Shown here in pieces: positions 25,604-35,337 of a DNA stretch of 64,000 nt. Positions within the stretch are counted from its first letter, which is position 1; each line of letters opens with the position of its first letter. Origin of the DNA: Ignavibacteriota bacterium (lineage in GTDB: Bacteria > Bacteroidota > Ignavibacteria > UBA10030 > UBA6906); assembly GCA_963801355.1 (NCBI GenBank), contig CAWDEM010000008.1:2176001-2240000 (forward strand), read 5' to 3'. The translations under genes and the position numbers were made by a program. Under the pieces are notes generated by a model. That model was not told the DNA's origin. It was given only the letters and a program-made list of their open reading frames with translations, and made no database searches.

Positions 25604-26809
25604 TCACATACTTCCCATCATGTGACCCGATACATACTGTTTGTATCGTAGCATTGCCTCTATGAAGTAATAGTCTCCGTAGATCAGCGACACATCAACC
25701 TCACTGCGGGCCGGTTTGCTCCCGACCGCGTGCTTCAGGATACCGCCTGTATGCGGGCCAGCCGAGAAGTACGGTTCCGCAGAGAGCGCCTCCAGCGAGG
25801 CCTCAGCCGTCTGGAAATATCTGTTCTTCGTCGCCGTGTCGTTGACGAGCGTGCTCAGCTCAAGCAAGGCCGAAGTGGCGATGGCACCCGCAGAGGCATC
25901 GCGTGGCTCATCAGGGATGTTGGGCGCGTTGAAGTCCCAGTACGGCACGTGATCAGCCGGCAGATGATCGACGTAATAGTCCGCGGCTCGTTGTGCGGTT
26001 TGGAGGAACCGCGGGTCCCTGGTGAAGCGATAGCTCATTGTGAATCCGTATATCGCCCACGCCTGGCCGCGCGACCAGCATGAACCATCCGCGTAGCCCT
26101 GGTGCGTGCCCTTCCAGATAACCGATCCATTCGTGGTGTCATAATCCAGGACATGATATGTGCTTCCATCCGGCCTGAAGTGATTCCGCATGGTCTTTTC
26201 CGCGTGTGTGACGGCAATGTCGTACAGGTGCCGGGGGCCGCCATTCTGCGAAGCCCAGAACAGAAGCTCCAGGTTCATCATATTGTCGACGATGACCGGA
26301 TACTCCCATTTGCGGTTGTCCCACGATTTGACACATCCGACCGTGGGATTGAACCGCGTCGCGAGAGTAGCGGCTGCCCGCAGGATAGTCGTCCTGTACT
26401 GTTCATCCCTGGTCAGCCGGTACCCATTTCCGAAACTGCAAAACACCATGAAGCCAATGTCATGCGAACCCGAATACGATTGAAGCGGCGTCAGCCCTTC
26501 CGTCCAGCGTTTTGCCCATTGCGCAAACTGACTTCCTCCGGTCATCTCCTGCATATACCAGAGAATACCGGGAAAAAATCCGCTGGTCCAATCGCGGATG
26601 GGTACCGTGTTCCATTTTCCACCGGGCACTATGCTGCGCGGATATCTCACGGAATCACCGCACTCCTGTACCGTCTGCACCACCCTGTCCGCAATCACTG
26701 GAGTGATGGTATCTATTCGCGAGACAAGCGTGCGGAGAAGTGCGTCATTGACGTGAGACGTTGCGCACCCGCACAATGCCAGGAAACTCAGAAGAATCGC
26801 ATTACGCAC
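25604..26809 (-). CDS. GH88 unsaturated glucuronyl hydrolase, lipoprotein
   Basis: WTSGFFPG; HDIGF; IVDNMMNL; WSRGQAW; YGDYYF. Confidence 0.93.
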   Translation of the reverse strand: MRNAILLSFLALCGCATSHVNDALLRTLVSRIDTITPVIADRVVQTVQECGDSVRYPRSIVPGGKWNTVPIRDWTSGFFPGILWYMQEMTGGSQFAQWAKRWTEGLTPLQSYSGSHDIGFMVFCSFGNGYRLTRDEQYRTTILRAAATLATRFNPTVGCVKSWDNRKWEYPVIVDNMMNLELLFWASQNGGPRHLYDIAVTHAEKTMRNHFRPDGSTYHVLDYDTTNGSVIWKGTHQGYADGSCWSRGQAWAIYGFTMSYRFTRDPRFLQTAQRAADYYVDHLPADHVPYWDFNAPNIPDEPRDASAGAIATSALLELSTLVNDTATKNRYFQTAEASLEALSAEPYFSAGPHTGGILKHAVGSKPARSEVDVSLIYGDYYFIEAMLRYKQYVSGHMMGSM

Positions 26810-26834
26810 CTGTTATGCCTCTATTGATGGGTGA

Positions 26835-27155
26835 TCAGTTCATCTTCGCTTTGTTCATCCTGTGAAAGTGTGCTTCCTGGCCCTGTGGCCCGGTAGCATG
26901 CTCTATCACGAGGACGAAGAACTCTTCACCTATTTCTGACTCTGTCAACCCTGCCAGCAACTCTCTGTCGTCCATTCCCCCCTGCTGAATGTAGTCCCTG
27001 ATCTCCGCCATGGACCACCACTCCCACTGGAGTTCCCGGCCGGGGAGGAACACCAATGCTCCGAGCTCATCGGTCTCATGCACCTTCCGGCGCCACAGTT
27101 CATGGTACCGGGTGAAATTCGAGTAGAGATGCATTATGATCGAGGCGTGCTTCAT
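26835..27155 (-). CDS. Hypothetical protein
   Basis: Fills the operon gap on the minus strand; protein-like composition; start uncertain. Confidence 0.55.
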   Translation of the reverse strand: MKHASIIMHLYSNFTRYHELWRRKVHETDELGALVFLPGRELQWEWWSMAEIRDYIQQGGMDDRELLAGLTESEIGEEFFVLVIEHATGPQGQEAHFHRMNKAKMN

Positions 27156-27183
27156 CAACGTCACTGCGTCCGGAGGAAGGCAG

Positions 27184-27609
27184 CTATGCGCTGCATAGAC
27201 GGCGGAATGCCGGGGGAACCGGCGACGGTGTGCGGTTGGCATAGTCAAAGAACGCAATCCCGGTTTTCACCCGGGCCACCTCTTTCCCCGACGCCTTGTT
27301 GACCATACGGAAGAGGAAATCACACCTGAGCTGCTGCAGGTCTGCCACCGCGACATCGATCGTCAGGACATCGCCGTAGAATGCCTGCGACCGGTACACG
27401 ACCACGGCATCCGTCATGATGATGCCCACGCCGTCCACATTCTGTTCCGACCAGCCGTGCGACTGTAGAAAACGCATCCGCGCCTCCTGCGCAAGCGAAA
27501 GCACGGCATCGTTGCCGAGATGCCCGCCATAGTTGATGTCGGAAACCCGCAACGCGACTTCCGTCGCAAACAGAAACCGCTCCGGCAGATCAAGTCGAAC
27601 TCTGCTCAC
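27184..27609 (-). CDS. Hotdog-fold acyl-CoA thioesterase
   Basis: RVSDINYGGHLGND motif. Confidence 0.88.
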   Translation of the reverse strand: MSRVRLDLPERFLFATEVALRVSDINYGGHLGNDAVLSLAQEARMRFLQSHGWSEQNVDGVGIIMTDAVVVYRSQAFYGDVLTIDVAVADLQQLRCDFLFRMVNKASGKEVARVKTGIAFFDYANRTPSPVPPAFRRLCSA

Positions 27610-27639
27610 GGCAAAACACTCCTTGAGGGAACCGGGCTC

Positions 27640-28866
27640 TCACGAACCCGTAAAACGCTCTTTCACCATCCGGTCGATGTGCTCTTTGAACCCCGGGTGA
27701 TGTGCGATGATCTGGTCGAACGTATCTTTGTGCAGAGCATAGAGGTCGCAATATCCGACCGCGCGGACGGTGGCATTCCGGGGTTGTCCTTTTACCAGGG
27801 CGACCTCCCCGAAGAAGTCCCCGTCACCCAGGGTCGCCTGTACCGAAGTCTCATCCCTGCCGAGAACCTCGACAGTCCCCCGACCGATGAAGAACATCTC
27901 CTTCCCCTGGTCTCCCGCCCGGAAGATGAAATCACCGGGAAGATAGACCAGAGGACGCATCGCCAAAGCAATGTCGCGGACCAGATCGGTTCCCGCACCC
28001 TTGAACAACGGCACCTTTTCGATGACATCCTTCTTCAGAAACAGCGAGACCTCCGCGTGCAACGACGGGGGGAGTTCGTCGACAATTGCCGACTCGTCAA
28101 AGCCAAGCCGCTTTTCCCACCGGTAGCCATGATACTCCCGTATCCGATGCTGCAACCCGGCGGGAAGTCCGCGGTACTCCATGAACGCATTGATTTTCTC
28201 CATTGCTTCCACGTAGCGCGTGCGTGAAGGATGGAGGTTGGCGATGATATGCGCCACATTGCCGATAATGTAGCCGAACATCCCGACCCCGAGAGCCATG
28301 ACGGTAACGGCGAATATCATCTCGTAGTCCGTCCGCGGGGTTATGTCGCCGTAGCCGACCGACGTCAGCGTGGTCACACAATAATAGAGTCCGCGCAAAT
28401 AGGTGTTCGGCACACCTTCCTGTTGATGCAACGATCGAAGCGCCACCCACGTGCACGCAAGTGCGTGCACAAGAAGTCCGATGAAGTAGGCGGAATACAA
28501 CAGGCGGAGGGTGTTCCACCGTACACTATACTGTTGCCACCACTGCTTCATGGTCTCCACGATGCGCCCCAGTTTCACCAACCGGATGAGGTCAAGAGGA
28601 GAGCCCGGGAACAGCAATCCCAACGGGAGGGCAGCCAGCAGATCCACCAGGAACCAACGCCAGCGGTACATCTCGAACGATCCTGCGTATTTCCACCGGA
28701 CCACCAGATCAGTGATCAACAGTGGCACAAGGATGATATCAAAGGAAGGCATACCGGCAAGGAATGAGGACCCCAGCACGAGTCGCGCGGGGACACCCAG
28801 GACAAGCAGCGTCGTGACAACGAACGAGAGAACACTCCATGCACGGGGGAGCGGTGTGGTAGTCAT
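27640..28866 (-). CDS. Cyclic nucleotide-gated K+ channel (SthK-like)
   Basis: TM segments; TSVGYGD filter; C-linker; CNBD FFGEVAL..PRNATV. Confidence 0.9.
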   Translation of the reverse strand: MTTTPLPRAWSVLSFVVTTLLVLGVPARLVLGSSFLAGMPSFDIILVPLLITDLVVRWKYAGSFEMYRWRWFLVDLLAALPLGLLFPGSPLDLIRLVKLGRIVETMKQWWQQYSVRWNTLRLLYSAYFIGLLVHALACTWVALRSLHQQEGVPNTYLRGLYYCVTTLTSVGYGDITPRTDYEMIFAVTVMALGVGMFGYIIGNVAHIIANLHPSRTRYVEAMEKINAFMEYRGLPAGLQHRIREYHGYRWEKRLGFDESAIVDELPPSLHAEVSLFLKKDVIEKVPLFKGAGTDLVRDIALAMRPLVYLPGDFIFRAGDQGKEMFFIGRGTVEVLGRDETSVQATLGDGDFFGEVALVKGQPRNATVRAVGYCDLYALHKDTFDQIIAHHPGFKEHIDRMVKERFTGS

Positions 28867-28877
28867 CGCAGCTCCTG

Positions 28878-29324
28878 TCAGAGGGCGATCTTGAGCACGA
28901 CCTTGCGAATATTCCCGTTGCCCACAAGCGGCGCGTGAGCATCCCACGGAAAAAACACCGCGAATGTACCCGGGTGCATTGTCAACCAGAGTGCCGGCTC
29001 ATCGGTGAAAAAGGCGATATCCCTTTCCGGATTGTACTCCCGCTCGACCTCGCGGCACTCATCGGCGGCGCGCCATCCCATGGTCTCTTTTCCGGCAAGC
29101 AGATAGTGGATATCGATGTAATTGCGGTGTGTTTCAAGCCGCGCTTCACTCGGCCATCTGCCGGGCTGGGCGCTGACGATGGCGTACAGGTTCGCCCCGT
29201 CGATATCGATCTTTCCCGAAGGAACTGTCATAAGGTCCTGCGACGACAGGAACTCCAATGCCCGCACGAACTGCGGATGAAGTGCATAGTACCGTTTTGC
29301 GTTGGCAAGCGTATCGAGAATCAT
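28878..29324 (-). CDS. YhcH/YjgK/YiaL family protein
   Basis: ETHRNYIDIH; DIAF; FFPWDAHAP; KVVLKI. Confidence 0.88.
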   Translation of the reverse strand: MILDTLANAKRYYALHPQFVRALEFLSSQDLMTVPSGKIDIDGANLYAIVSAQPGRWPSEARLETHRNYIDIHYLLAGKETMGWRAADECREVEREYNPERDIAFFTDEPALWLTMHPGTFAVFFPWDAHAPLVGNGNIRKVVLKIAL

Positions 29325-29373
29325 GTGCGTACCGGATAGAGTTATTGAAAAAGATGTTGCGCGAATGGAGAAG

Positions 29374-30309
29374 TCACCAGCTGCCGGAGGAACCGCCTCC
29401 GGAGAAGCTGCCGCCTCCTCCTGAAAAACTGCTGCCGCCACCGCCGGACGACGACCCGCCGCCCGATCTCCCGCCTCCGCTGCCACCCTGCGCTGATGCC
29501 ACGGCCTTTCCCCATTTCTGAGCCCAGGCCTTCCCTTTGGGGGTCTTTGCGAAGACAAACTTCAGAATCGGGAAACCGATCACATATGCGGCGAACAAGA
29601 CCAGTCCGGGGAGCATTCCCAGGATGCTTATCGGGAACATGGACCAAAAGGGAATAAGGAAGAAATACAGAAACCAGGAGGTGAACCCGCGCGAGAAGAG
29701 TGCAATAAAAGTGAAGGGACTGATGATTGCCAGGAAGAACATGAACGGGATGAGAGCTAGGCCCGGAAAGACAAAGCCCATGCCGGAGTCATCTTCCTCT
29801 GCATCAGCCGTATAGGCTCCCTGAATCGCCGCCAGGATCGACTCGACACCCGCCCGGACGCCTCCGTCATAGTCTCCCTCCTTGAAGCGCGGGACAATCT
29901 CATGCCGGATGATGCGGCCGCAGGTGAGATCGGTCAGGTCACCCTCGAGGCCGCGCCCGACCTCGATGCGCACCTGGCGGTCATCTTTCGACACGAGCAG
30001 GAGGACTCCGTTGTCTTTTCCCTTCTGGCCGAGTTTCCACGTCTCCACGACCCGCATCGAAAAGTTCTCAATTTCCTCCCCTTCGAGTGAAGTCACCGTG
30101 AGCACCACCACCTGGTTGGAAGTCGAATCTTCCTGAACTTTCAGCATATCTTCAAGAGCCGCCGTGGTCTTGTTGCTGAGGAGACCCGCGGTGTCATTCA
30201 CCCTGCCGCCAAGAAAAGGAATTTCCGTAGTGCGGCCGGGTGCAACTCCTGCAAGAAGCAGGGCGATTGCCGGCAAGACTGTCCTGAGTGCGCGCATGGC
30301 GTGTCTCAT
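29374..30309 (-). CDS. TPM domain protein (YgcG-like) with Gly/Ser tail
   Basis: RVNDTAGLL; WKLGQKGKDNGVLL; RIEVGRGLEG; SGGGSSGSW. Confidence 0.88.
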   Translation of the reverse strand: MRHAMRALRTVLPAIALLLAGVAPGRTTEIPFLGGRVNDTAGLLSNKTTAALEDMLKVQEDSTSNQVVVLTVTSLEGEEIENFSMRVVETWKLGQKGKDNGVLLLVSKDDRQVRIEVGRGLEGDLTDLTCGRIIRHEIVPRFKEGDYDGGVRAGVESILAAIQGAYTADAEEDDSGMGFVFPGLALIPFMFFLAIISPFTFIALFSRGFTSWFLYFFLIPFWSMFPISILGMLPGLVLFAAYVIGFPILKFVFAKTPKGKAWAQKWGKAVASAQGGSGGGRSGGGSSSGGGGSSFSGGGGSFSGGGSSGSW

Positions 30310-30968
30310 CGATCGCTCATGCGAAGGTCATCGCGAAGCTCGTCCGAGTCGTCGACTTTCCTCTTGACACCACGTCGTTCCAGGAGCACGCCGCATTTTC
30401 CGATGGCCTCAATGAGTCCTTCCGCAATGGATCCCCGGCGGATGCCCTTGATAACGGTTTGCATAACGTCATCCCATTCCGCCTGCTTCACGCGTGCATT
30501 GATGCCCGAGTCGCCGACGACGAGGACGTGGTGCTCGAGGAGACTCACGAAAAGGAGGATACCCGTGCGTTCGCGCGTGTCGAACACCTCTTCCGCGATG
30601 AATGCTTCCGCGGCCCGCTGGCGCACACGCTTCTGCATCAACGCCGGTCCGGCGAACAGACGTTTCACGGGATGGATGAACTGGGTCAATGCCATGCCGG
30701 CGCAAAACGCCGCCATCATCGCAGTCAGGACCACCGGCAACCGAAACGGGAGCCAGAGCGGTGTGAAAAAGTGCACAGCGAAGAATGCCAGGACAGCCAC
30801 AGCGCCGGCAGCCGATGCACCGCGCCATACGGCACGCTCGTAACCGTCGCTCTGCTCAACAATGTAGGGGACGATCTCCCCCGATGTTTTCAGTTCTGCG
30901 TCCTGCACCGCCTGCCTGATGCGCAAGAGGTCCTGTTCGGAAAAGAGACGGGAAACGGATGATCTCAT
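30306..30968 (-). CDS. TPM domain membrane protein
   Basis: AELKTSGEIV; TRERTGILLFVS; DELRD. Confidence 0.85.
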   Translation of the reverse strand: MRSSVSRLFSEQDLLRIRQAVQDAELKTSGEIVPYIVEQSDGYERAVWRGASAAGAVAVLAFFAVHFFTPLWLPFRLPVVLTAMMAAFCAGMALTQFIHPVKRLFAGPALMQKRVRQRAAEAFIAEEVFDTRERTGILLFVSLLEHHVLVVGDSGINARVKQAEWDDVMQTVIKGIRRGSIAEGLIEAIGKCGVLLERRGVKRKVDDSDELRDDLRMSDR

Positions 30969-31034
30969 GACAACCTCAAAGAGTATTTGGTCGGTTCAGT
31001 GCGTTGCGGTGTCGCCTCGCGTTGCGGTATCGCG

Positions 31035-31355
31035 TCACGTTGCGGGTCCATGCACGGCAATCCAGATGCAGGGCGGCTGTGCGGAAGTCGCGGCGACGCG
31101 ATGCTTCCGGTGTGCAGGCAGCATGAGAGTGTCGCCCGTCCCGAGCCGGACGTCCGGACCTTCCTCAAATGCCACCACACCCTCTCCCTGCACCACCGCG
31201 ACCCATTCATCGTGATCCTGGTCGTACCACGATCCCGGGGGCGTCGACTGACCCGTGGAGATGATGCGCTCGATGCGTACGCCGGCGATGACGGCAAGGT
31301 TGTCGACGACTTCCTCCGTGCGGCCGGCAAGACTCCTCAGGTCAAAGAGATTCAT
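31035..31355 (-). CDS. Cupin domain protein
   Basis: RIERIISTGQ; WYDQDHDEWV; PAHRKHRV. Confidence 0.85.
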   Translation of the reverse strand: MNLFDLRSLAGRTEEVVDNLAVIAGVRIERIISTGQSTPPGSWYDQDHDEWVAVVQGEGVVAFEEGPDVRLGTGDTLMLPAHRKHRVAATSAQPPCIWIAVHGPAT

Positions 31356-31367
31356 GGGACTCCGTTG

Positions 31368-32420
31368 TCAGAGAACAGCGGGCTCTTTCATGACAATCTT
31401 CCCTGCACCCGCATCCATCTCCACTTCGGTTCCCAGGGGAAGGGTGAATTTGTTTTCGATGTGCCCGATCATCGCTCCCGCATATGCCGGGACGCCGAGC
31501 GATGCAATCTGCTCGTGGAGCACTTCCTCGAGCGTCAACGATCCGAAACCCTCGCCGGGTTCGCAATTGGTGCACTTGCCGATAACGACTCCCGCAAGCT
31601 GCTCCGCAATCCCCGCGATGCGGAGTTGCGTCAGCATACGATCCACCCGGTAGACCGCTTCGCCGTCATCCTCAAGAAAGAGGATGACGCCTTTCCACGG
31701 CGGAAGGTACGGGGATCCGATCATGGCGCTCAGGACGGAGAGATTCCCCCCGACAAGAATCCCGCGCGCGGTTCCCGGCGTAACAGTTTCGACACGATCC
31801 TTTGTCTGTATGAGGTTGTCACCTCGATGCGAAGGATTCTCGAAGGTGACCGCCTCTGCATCAAAGAGTACACGGCGAAAATAGGATGTAGAAAACTCGT
31901 TCCATGTCGAAGTGCCCACGGGCCCGTGAAACGTGACGAGTCCAGACCGCGCGAACATCGCGATGAGAAGCGACGTGATGTCACTGTAGCCTACAATGAT
32001 CTTCGGGTGATCGCGAACAGCCCTGTAATCGATAAGCGGAAGAATACGATTGCATCCCCACCCCCCGCGAACCGCCAGGATGGCGTCCACATCGGGATCC
32101 CCGAACATGGCGTTGACGTCCTCCGCCCGGTGGGCATCGGTCCCCGCCAGAAACCCATGCCGGTCAAACACATGCTCGCCGAACTTCCACCGCAGATCGA
32201 GTGCCTTGAGTACCTCCGTGACCATCGTGAGGTCCGACCGGACGTAGGTCGGCCCTGCCGGGTTAATCAATCCGACCGTAGCCCCCCGCGAAAGCCGGCG
32301 TGGCTTCAGGAGCGGCATGCCGCTTTCCGCCCGGAGGAATGGCGGCAGGATGGTCGCCAGCGTTGCCGCGCCGAGTGACTGCAACACACCGCGTCGCGTC
32401 ATGCTCCCCGTGTTGGTCAT
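31368..32420 (-). CDS. S66 LD-carboxypeptidase with Tat signal
   Basis: TRRGVL Tat motif; RGGWG; GYSDIT; GGNLS; FLED; IGH. Confidence 0.88.
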   Translation of the reverse strand: MTNTGSMTRRGVLQSLGAATLATILPPFLRAESGMPLLKPRRLSRGATVGLINPAGPTYVRSDLTMVTEVLKALDLRWKFGEHVFDRHGFLAGTDAHRAEDVNAMFGDPDVDAILAVRGGWGCNRILPLIDYRAVRDHPKIIVGYSDITSLLIAMFARSGLVTFHGPVGTSTWNEFSTSYFRRVLFDAEAVTFENPSHRGDNLIQTKDRVETVTPGTARGILVGGNLSVLSAMIGSPYLPPWKGVILFLEDDGEAVYRVDRMLTQLRIAGIAEQLAGVVIGKCTNCEPGEGFGSLTLEEVLHEQIASLGVPAYAGAMIGHIENKFTLPLGTEVEMDAGAGKIVMKEPAVL

Positions 32421-33256
32421 ACGATCTCCCGCAAAAGTGCGCATCGCGTGTATGCCACGCGGAATCCCTGGCGCTCGAGATTGCGCTGCGAAACGCTTCC
32501 CGGCCGCGTCAGGGTGTAGGCAAGATCGCATTCTGCTTCCATTGCGTGATTCATCAGGGTACGGATCACGGCTGACTGCACACCCAGCCGGCGGAATGAC
32601 GGGATGGTGCTCGCTCCATAGATCGCGGCCACTCCATCGTGAGCCGACAGCGCGCCGCCTCCGGCAGGACGGCCGTCCACCCAGGCGAGCACACACGTTG
32701 TCGCGGGCTGCAGCAAAATGCTCCGCAACACGGCCAGATTCTCGGGTGTTTGCACCTGCTGATCACCGAATCCCGAGGCAACGGTCTTTGCCCATACGTC
32801 TGCATCTTCAGGGGTGCTGAACTGCACGCTGATGCCGGAGTCAGGAGGTATTGCCGGCTCCAGAACCCGGATCCTGCGCACCATCATGTTGCTGAAGTCC
32901 ACCAACCGGTAACCGCGCCCGGCCATTTCACGCACCACAGTACTGTCGGCGAGCGGACAGAGTTCCACATGCACGGCAGACGCCCGGCTGACGAAAAAGT
33001 GCTCAAGCGCTTCGATGTCCGATCCGTGCACGGGGCCTTCCATCCCAATACCGATCGCCTGGGTCAGCGGAGAACCGACACCCACGAATACCGCAATACC
33101 GCCTGCGAGCGGTTCAGCCACAGCCCCGGAGCCGGGATTTAGATGTGCATGAATCTCCGCCGACTCCTTACCGATGGCGGTATCGACGGCTTCAACACGA
33201 CGCGCGAGTGCGTGGTCTGCGAGCAGCACCGCACCAGCAGGATCTCCAGAAGCCAA
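32417..33256 (-). CDS. GNAT family acetyltransferase
   Basis: STIPSFRRLGVQ motif A; SQRNLERQGF. Confidence 0.85.
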   Translation of the reverse strand: MASGDPAGAVLLADHALARRVEAVDTAIGKESAEIHAHLNPGSGAVAEPLAGGIAVFVGVGSPLTQAIGIGMEGPVHGSDIEALEHFFVSRASAVHVELCPLADSTVVREMAGRGYRLVDFSNMMVRRIRVLEPAIPPDSGISVQFSTPEDADVWAKTVASGFGDQQVQTPENLAVLRSILLQPATTCVLAWVDGRPAGGGALSAHDGVAAIYGASTIPSFRRLGVQSAVIRTLMNHAMEAECDLAYTLTRPGSVSQRNLERQGFRVAYTRCALLREIV

Positions 33257-34312
33257 TTATTCACCCTTGAGTGCAGATGGTACAACATATCCCTTTGACA
33301 ACAGCCGGGCTTCATGGGAACGCAGGAATTCCCGGATCGATTCAACCGGCACAGCCTGCGTAATGCCGGATTCCACCTCGGTTCTCCGTTCGACAAATAC
33401 CTCGCCCGTGTACGGCACCGCGGGATCAAAGACAAGTTCGCCGCCGTCTTTCTCCGGGGTCAGGACGAACGATGAATGCGCGGAGACCAGCTTGATCATG
33501 CCCACGAATTCGAAGTTCGGAATGCCATCACGGATGGCCAGGACGATACCTCCGCTGAACCCGCGGCTGAACATCGCGTCAACCATGAACATGCCGCGCC
33601 GGTCCTTGTTCGGATTGCTGACAATGCCCTTCGTGACCATTTTATAGCCGGAAGGGTAGCCGAAGAGATACACGAACGATCCCCACTCAAGTTCTTTGGC
33701 TTTGCCGAACGGATATTTGAAGACGGGGGGCGGTATCGGAGGGTCCACGGTCAGCCTCTGGCCGAGCACGGCGATATCCGCCTGCCTGTCCATCGCCAGC
33801 AATTCCAGATCCCCTCCCTCGGGGAAGACAGCGGTGTAGTTGGACTGTTTCTCCTTGACAGCAATGCTCTTGATGTACGCAGTGGGGCGGCGGTTCGTGC
33901 CGATATGGTAATTGATGACCGTATCCTCAAAATCCACAATGTGGGCGCACGTCAGAGCAAGGATCCCGCGGGCGTGATACGACAGCGTGGTGATTGTCCC
34001 TGACGCGGTACGGTTGACATATACCGATGAGCTCTCTTTGCTTTTGAGCAGTCCCTCGGTGATGCTCGATCCGGTAATCCGTTCCTCCGGCAGGAAGAAA
34101 TAGGTCCTGTAGTACGCGATGCAGCTCAACATGTTAACGCTCTCGCTGATCTGCTCCAGCTGTTGCGAGCAGCCGCGGTAGGGGAACTCGGAATCATACT
34201 GCCCATCAGAGAGCGTGGGATACACATCGCGATAGATTTCCCGGGAACAGCCTGCGGGCAAGAGAAGGCTCAGCAGTGCAATACCTGCATGCACAAGGCG
34301 ACGATGGGCCAT
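33257..34312 (-). CDS. Trypsin-like serine protease, lipoprotein
   Basis: Lipobox PAGC; LTCAH; DIAVL; GFSGG. Confidence 0.8.
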   Translation of the reverse strand: MAHRRLVHAGIALLSLLLPAGCSREIYRDVYPTLSDGQYDSEFPYRGCSQQLEQISESVNMLSCIAYYRTYFFLPEERITGSSITEGLLKSKESSSVYVNRTASGTITTLSYHARGILALTCAHIVDFEDTVINYHIGTNRRPTAYIKSIAVKEKQSNYTAVFPEGGDLELLAMDRQADIAVLGQRLTVDPPIPPPVFKYPFGKAKELEWGSFVYLFGYPSGYKMVTKGIVSNPNKDRRGMFMVDAMFSRGFSGGIVLAIRDGIPNFEFVGMIKLVSAHSSFVLTPEKDGGELVFDPAVPYTGEVFVERRTEVESGITQAVPVESIREFLRSHEARLLSKGYVVPSALKGE

Positions 34313-34314
34313 GG

Positions 34315-35337
34315 TTATTCCTCCATGCCGGCGAGGGATTTGAGTCTGCGGACCTCCCCGGGTGTCAGCGGACGGGTCGCCCCGCGCGGTAATCCTTCGG
34401 TGGTGACGGGACCGTAAGCAACGCGGTCGAGTTTTCGCACATCATAGCCCAATTCTTCAAACATGCGCCGCACCTGGCGATTCCAACCTTCACGGATGGT
34501 GATGCCGACTTCGCGGCCGCGGCCGCCGGGAATGCTGAACACTTCTGCAGGTGCAGTGCGCCCTTCGGTGAGGTCGATGCCGTCACTCAAGGCCCTGAGA
34601 TGCTCTCCGGTGACCGCCTCGTCGCAGGTGACACGGTAAGCCTTGGGAACACCGTGGCGCGGATGCATCAGCCTGTTGGCGAACTCGCCGTCGTTCGTGA
34701 ACAACAGAACCCCGGTGGTATTGCGGTCCAGACGACCGATCGGGAAGACCCGTTTCCGTGCATGGATATGGTCCATGACCGTCTCCCGTCCGCGCTCGTC
34801 ACTCATCGTCGTGATGGTGTCTTTGGGTTTGTTGAGCACAAGATAGATCGGCGCATCGACATGTGCGACTTCTTTGCCATCCACGAATACACGATCCGTT
34901 CCGGGAACGAGCGTTGTGGCAAGCGAGGAGATAGTCACACCGTTCACATTCACGCGGCCTTCGAGAACAAGGTTTTCCGCCTTGCGGCGCGATGAAACGC
35001 CGCACATGCTTAAATACCGGTTGATGCGCACCCGCCCGGTGACACGCGGCGCCGGTGCCCTGCGGGAACTTTCGCCCGACTGTGGGCGTGGCCCCTGTGC
35101 CCTGCCGGGTCTTTCGCCCGCCTGTGGACGTGGCCCCTGTGCCCTGCCGGGTCTTTCGCCCGCCTGTGGACGTGGCCCCTGTGCCCTGCCGGGTCTCTTG
35201 CCCGCGTGTGGACGTGGCCCCTGTGCCCTGCCGGGTCTCTTGCCCGCGTGTGGACGTGGCCCCTGTGCCCTGCCGGGTCTTTCGCCCGCCTGTGGACGTG
35301 GCCGGCGCGGCGGACGGCCTTTATGAAATGAGTTCAT
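34315..35337 (-). CDS. rluB: 23S rRNA pseudouridine synthase (RsuA/RluB family) with repetitive N-terminus
   Basis: S4 domain; GRLDRNTTG; EGWNRQVRRM; synteny with scpAB. Confidence 0.88.
   Translation of the reverse strand: MNSFHKGRPPRRPRPQAGERPGRAQGPRPHAGKRPGRAQGPRPHAGKRPGRAQGPRPQAGERPGRAQGPRPQAGERPGRAQGPRPQSGESSRRAPAPRVTGRVRINRYLSMCGVSSRRKAENLVLEGRVNVNGVTISSLATTLVPGTDRVFVDGKEVAHVDAPIYLVLNKPKDTITTMSDERGRETVMDHIHARKRVFPIGRLDRNTTGVLLFTNDGEFANRLMHPRHGVPKAYRVTCDEAVTGEHLRALSDGIDLTEGRTAPAEVFSIPGGRGREVGITIREGWNRQVRRMFEELGYDVRKLDRVAYGPVTTEGLPRGATRPLTPGEVRRLKSLAGMEE
35055..35303. repeat. 42-bp in-frame tandem repeat, about 6 units
   Basis: gtgccctgc at 35055, 35097, 35139, 35181, 35223 and 35265; encodes PRP(Q/H)AG(E/K)RPGRAQG. 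Confidence 0.95.

Noticed and set aside
31001-31046. 18-bp tandem repeat (about 2.5 units) at the cupin 3' end
   Set aside because: It looks like a local slippage duplication with no further structure.
35055-35303. Regularly spaced repeats as a CRISPR array
   Set aside because: Units are contiguous with no unique spacers, lie in frame within rluB, and no cas genes are present.
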